Shown: positions 25,117 through 26,876 of the stretch, piece after piece
How positions within the stretch are numbered: the stretch's first letter is position 1
Layout: each line of letters starts with the position of its first letter
From: a virus
Taxonomy: Duplodnaviria > Caudoviricetes
Virus record (IMG/VR): IMGVR_UViG_3300020044_002114
Coordinates: 1-26,876 of that record
Length of the DNA stretch: 26,876 nucleotides
Direction: 5' to 3' (one strand)
Notes under the pieces: model-generated
What the model was told of the DNA's origin: nothing
The model's input: only the letters and a program-made list of their open reading frames with translations
Database searches by the model: none
Program-made: the position numbers and the translations under genes

Positions 25117-25212
25117 TCACTTGACCAATATATCGAAATAAGCCAACAGACCCCAACAGAGGGCAAGCCCCAACCCGATAGCAGTTAAGAGGTCGTAAAT
25201 TATATTTTTCAT
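25117..25212 (-). CDS. 31-aa single-TM peptide
   Basis: MKNIIYDLLTAIGLGLALCWGLLAYFDILVK*; AAGGTG RBS; ATGA overlap. Not in the ORF track. Confidence 0.6.
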   Translation of the reverse strand: MKNIIYDLLTAIGLGLALCWGLLAYFDILVK

Positions 25213-25466
25213 GGTGACACCTTGTAAACGTCAATCATAGTATCTGGGTGAACCCATCTCTGTTTGGAGTCGGGCGCATTTTTATGGCACAAATACACTG
25301 TGTTTTCTGATCTCTCTCGCCATGCTGAACCCACCTCATCGTAAAGCGTTGAGCCTTTTTTGAATGTAAATTTCCAATCATCAGGGATTGATCCATTCAT
25401 CTCTAGGTCGGCAAGGTCAGTAATAGCCATTGAGCAGACTAAATATTTCCAAGTATAAGTTTTCAT
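25209..25466 (-). CDS. Hypothetical protein
   Basis: ORF track; coupled to the downstream peptide. Confidence 0.65.
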   Translation of the reverse strand: MKTYTWKYLVCSMAITDLADLEMNGSIPDDWKFTFKKGSTLYDEVGSAWRERSENTVYLCHKNAPDSKQRWVHPDTMIDVYKVSP

Positions 25467-25481
25467 GATGTTTAAACGCTT

Positions 25482-25724
25482 TCAGTGAATCTTGTCGCCA
25501 AAGTAAGCCCGATCAGTCTCACCCATAAACCTGAAAAACAGATCAGGGAATGCTTCTTCTATTCTGGTCTTATTTGTTTTATCTGCCTTTTGCCAAGCCT
25601 CAGCCAAAGAACCCGCAAAGCCACCGCCATGCTCACGCATAGTCTTTGCCGCATTGTGTAGAGCATTCCATCGGGAAGCCTGTACCATGTCTTCAAAATC
25701 GCTTGAGTTAATCTTGTATGTCAT
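25482..25724 (-). CDS. Hypothetical protein (GGGF...LA.A...AD..N motif)
   Basis: AAAGG RBS within the repeated leader. Confidence 0.7.
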   Translation of the reverse strand: MTYKINSSDFEDMVQASRWNALHNAAKTMREHGGGFAGSLAEAWQKADKTNKTRIEEAFPDLFFRFMGETDRAYFGDKIH

Positions 25725-25797
25725 TTTTAACGCCTTTCAAATAATGCAACAGTGCATCCAAAGCCACTCTGTCACAGTGGCTCAAGAGAAACTGTTT
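25725..25797 (-). repeat. Double-hairpin intergenic repeat, copy B
   Basis: AGCCACT-CTGTCAC-AGTGGCT (25762-82) plus ATGCA/TGCAT hairpin and TTTGAAAGGC leader. Confidence 0.75.
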
Positions 25798-26002
25798 AAA
25801 CGCTCTCACCAAGCCACTCGGCTCTCTGTTCTGTTAGTTGGTCAAAGATTGCTTGTCGTGTGCCTTTGTAACCCTCGGCTTTGAGGATTGCATAAGCACT
25901 CTGACCCCTCCTTTTCATGCCCATCATTTCTAGCTTGAGAGCTTGGCGCAAGGTAAGGATTCGCATTTGTGCAATGTGATCTGGGTTAGTAATTGCTGAC
26001 AT
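25796..26002 (-). CDS. Hypothetical protein (LKLE..GMKR...SAY)
   Basis: AAAGGCTTAAATTATG leader. Confidence 0.7.
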   Translation of the reverse strand: MSAITNPDHIAQMRILTLRQALKLEMMGMKRRGQSAYAILKAEGYKGTRQAIFDQLTEQRAEWLGESV

Positions 26003-26022
26003 AATTTAAGCCTTTTAAAAGT

Positions 26023-26038
26023 AAGCCCCGAAGGGCTT
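26023..26038 (-). terminator. cUUCGg tetraloop hairpin (weak terminator or stabiliser)
   Basis: Minus strand AAGCCC-TTCG-GGGCTT followed by ACTTTT. Confidence 0.55.
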
Positions 26039-26045
26039 GGGTTGG

Positions 26046-26255
26046 TTACAGTTTCATCCCGTTGATTTCAGCTTCTAGCAACAACTCGTCAAATGTTGCC
26101 TCTATTGCTTCCACTCTAGAATTATTCGCCTTGAGATCATGGGGTGACAAAATGTTATCGTCAATCCAAATCCATTTGTCGGTAGTGTTGAACCATGTGT
26201 ATGCTTGTTCAAGGGTCAATGATTTGAGAATGTTGTTCATTTTTGCGAGATACAT
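26046..26255 (-). CDS. Hypothetical protein
   Basis: AAAGGCTTAAATTATG leader identical to that of the next gene. Confidence 0.65.
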   Translation of the reverse strand: MYLAKMNNILKSLTLEQAYTWFNTTDKWIWIDDNILSPHDLKANNSRVEAIEATFDELLLEAEINGMKL

Positions 26256-26334
26256 AATTTAAGCCTTTCAAAGTTGATAAAGTTGGTGACAATGCACCTC
26301 AAGCCAATCTGTCACATTGGCTCAAGCTGAACTG
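26256..26334 (-). repeat. Double-hairpin intergenic repeat, copy A
   Basis: AGCCAAT-CTGTCAC-ATTGGCT (26302-22) plus GGTG/CACC hairpin and TTTGAAAGGC leader. Confidence 0.75.
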
Positions 26335-26793
26335 TTAAGAGATGGACATCTCTCCGTGATCTGGGCAATGAGGCGCACCCATTTCATTGAGCCACTTACC
26401 CGCCACTCGCACTGTGTAACCACAATCACGGCAAACACATTTCAGCATTCTGGTTGATTGTTTCTTTTGGGCATTTGATGGGATCAAGTCAGCGTGAGGA
26501 TAAATGCCAAGCCTTTCCAAAACAGGCGAAGCCCAGAGCTTGAATTTCTCACCCGCAACTGTGGCGGTCATTTTGCCCTCTAAGCCAATGGCTAAGGCGG
26601 TGCGTTTAAACAGCTTCCCGTGACCATCGTTAGGATGGCAAGCATGGACAAGCTCATGCGCCAGAATGTCCAAAACCCTCATGCTGTCGCTGATTGTGGG
26701 AGAGATAAAAATCTCAGCGTGTTTATCGGCTGATGCTCTAGCAGACCAACATTCTCCGATTCTCCGATTCTTATTTGAAAGAGCCTCAAGCCA
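26335..26793 (-). pseudogene. SprT-like HExxH metalloprotease with C-terminal Zn ribbon, apparently 5'-truncated
   Basis: AHELVHA...H motif and C..CGY...CP.H; protein-like sequence (RIGECW...EIFISP) continues 37 codons upstream of the first ATG to an in-frame TGA (26794-96) with no start codon. Confidence 0.55.
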
Positions 26794-26820
26794 TCACCCA
26801 TACTTACCCCTCAAAAATAG

Positions 26821-26829
26821 TTATCCACA
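26821..26829 (+). promoter_or_regulatory. Consensus DnaA box
   Basis: TTATCCACA exact match in non-coding DNA. Confidence 0.35.
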
Positions 26830-26876
26830 CCACAACTTATAGATGTCCACATTTTGACTCTTATATAAGACAAAAA

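Noticed and set aside
25725-26334. Intergenic repeats as a CRISPR array or attC integron cassettes
   Set aside because: Only two close copies, separated by whole genes; no regular spacers, cas genes, integron integrase or clear attC core sites.
1-26876. Stop-codon reassignment
   Set aside because: Genes are full-length under code 11 and TAA, TGA and TAG all end genes at coupled junctions.

Overview
Fragment of a tailed dsDNA phage genome with a podovirus-type (P22/T7-like) tail and a lambdoid-style recombination/replication layout. It uses the standard genetic code. The host is Gram-negative (spanins, lipoproteins); a freshwater Betaproteobacterium is a weak inference from remembered similarity to such phage proteins. 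Layout: (1) 1-12095 (+) virion module: adaptor, nozzle, tail fibre with a C-terminal autocleaving chaperone-like domain, three ejection proteins. (2) 12095-14685 (+) expanded lysis region: several small membrane proteins, a Cys-rich lipoprotein, Rz with embedded Rz1, GH19 endolysin. (3) 14721-16208 (+) HExxH protein, metallophosphoesterase and small membrane protein. (4) 16210-19272 (-) recombination arm (Sak/DUF1071, SSB, mosaic small ORFs). (5) 19405-23444 (+) replication/nin-like arm (YdaU/DUF1376 initiator, Mom-like DNA modifier, RusA, Zn-binding nuclease). (6) 23516-26793 (-) cluster of small early-type genes. No capsid, portal, terminase, integrase, CI repressor, polymerase, tRNA or CRISPR array is visible. 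The most notable signals are non-coding: a palindrome placed symmetrically between two divergent promoters, a C4-like three-way-junction RNA whose loop is complementary to the initiator RBS region, repeated covarying double-hairpin leaders between early genes, a pseudoknot in the tail operon, and a strong regional enrichment of GTTTAAAC. All family calls are by motif recognition, not database search.
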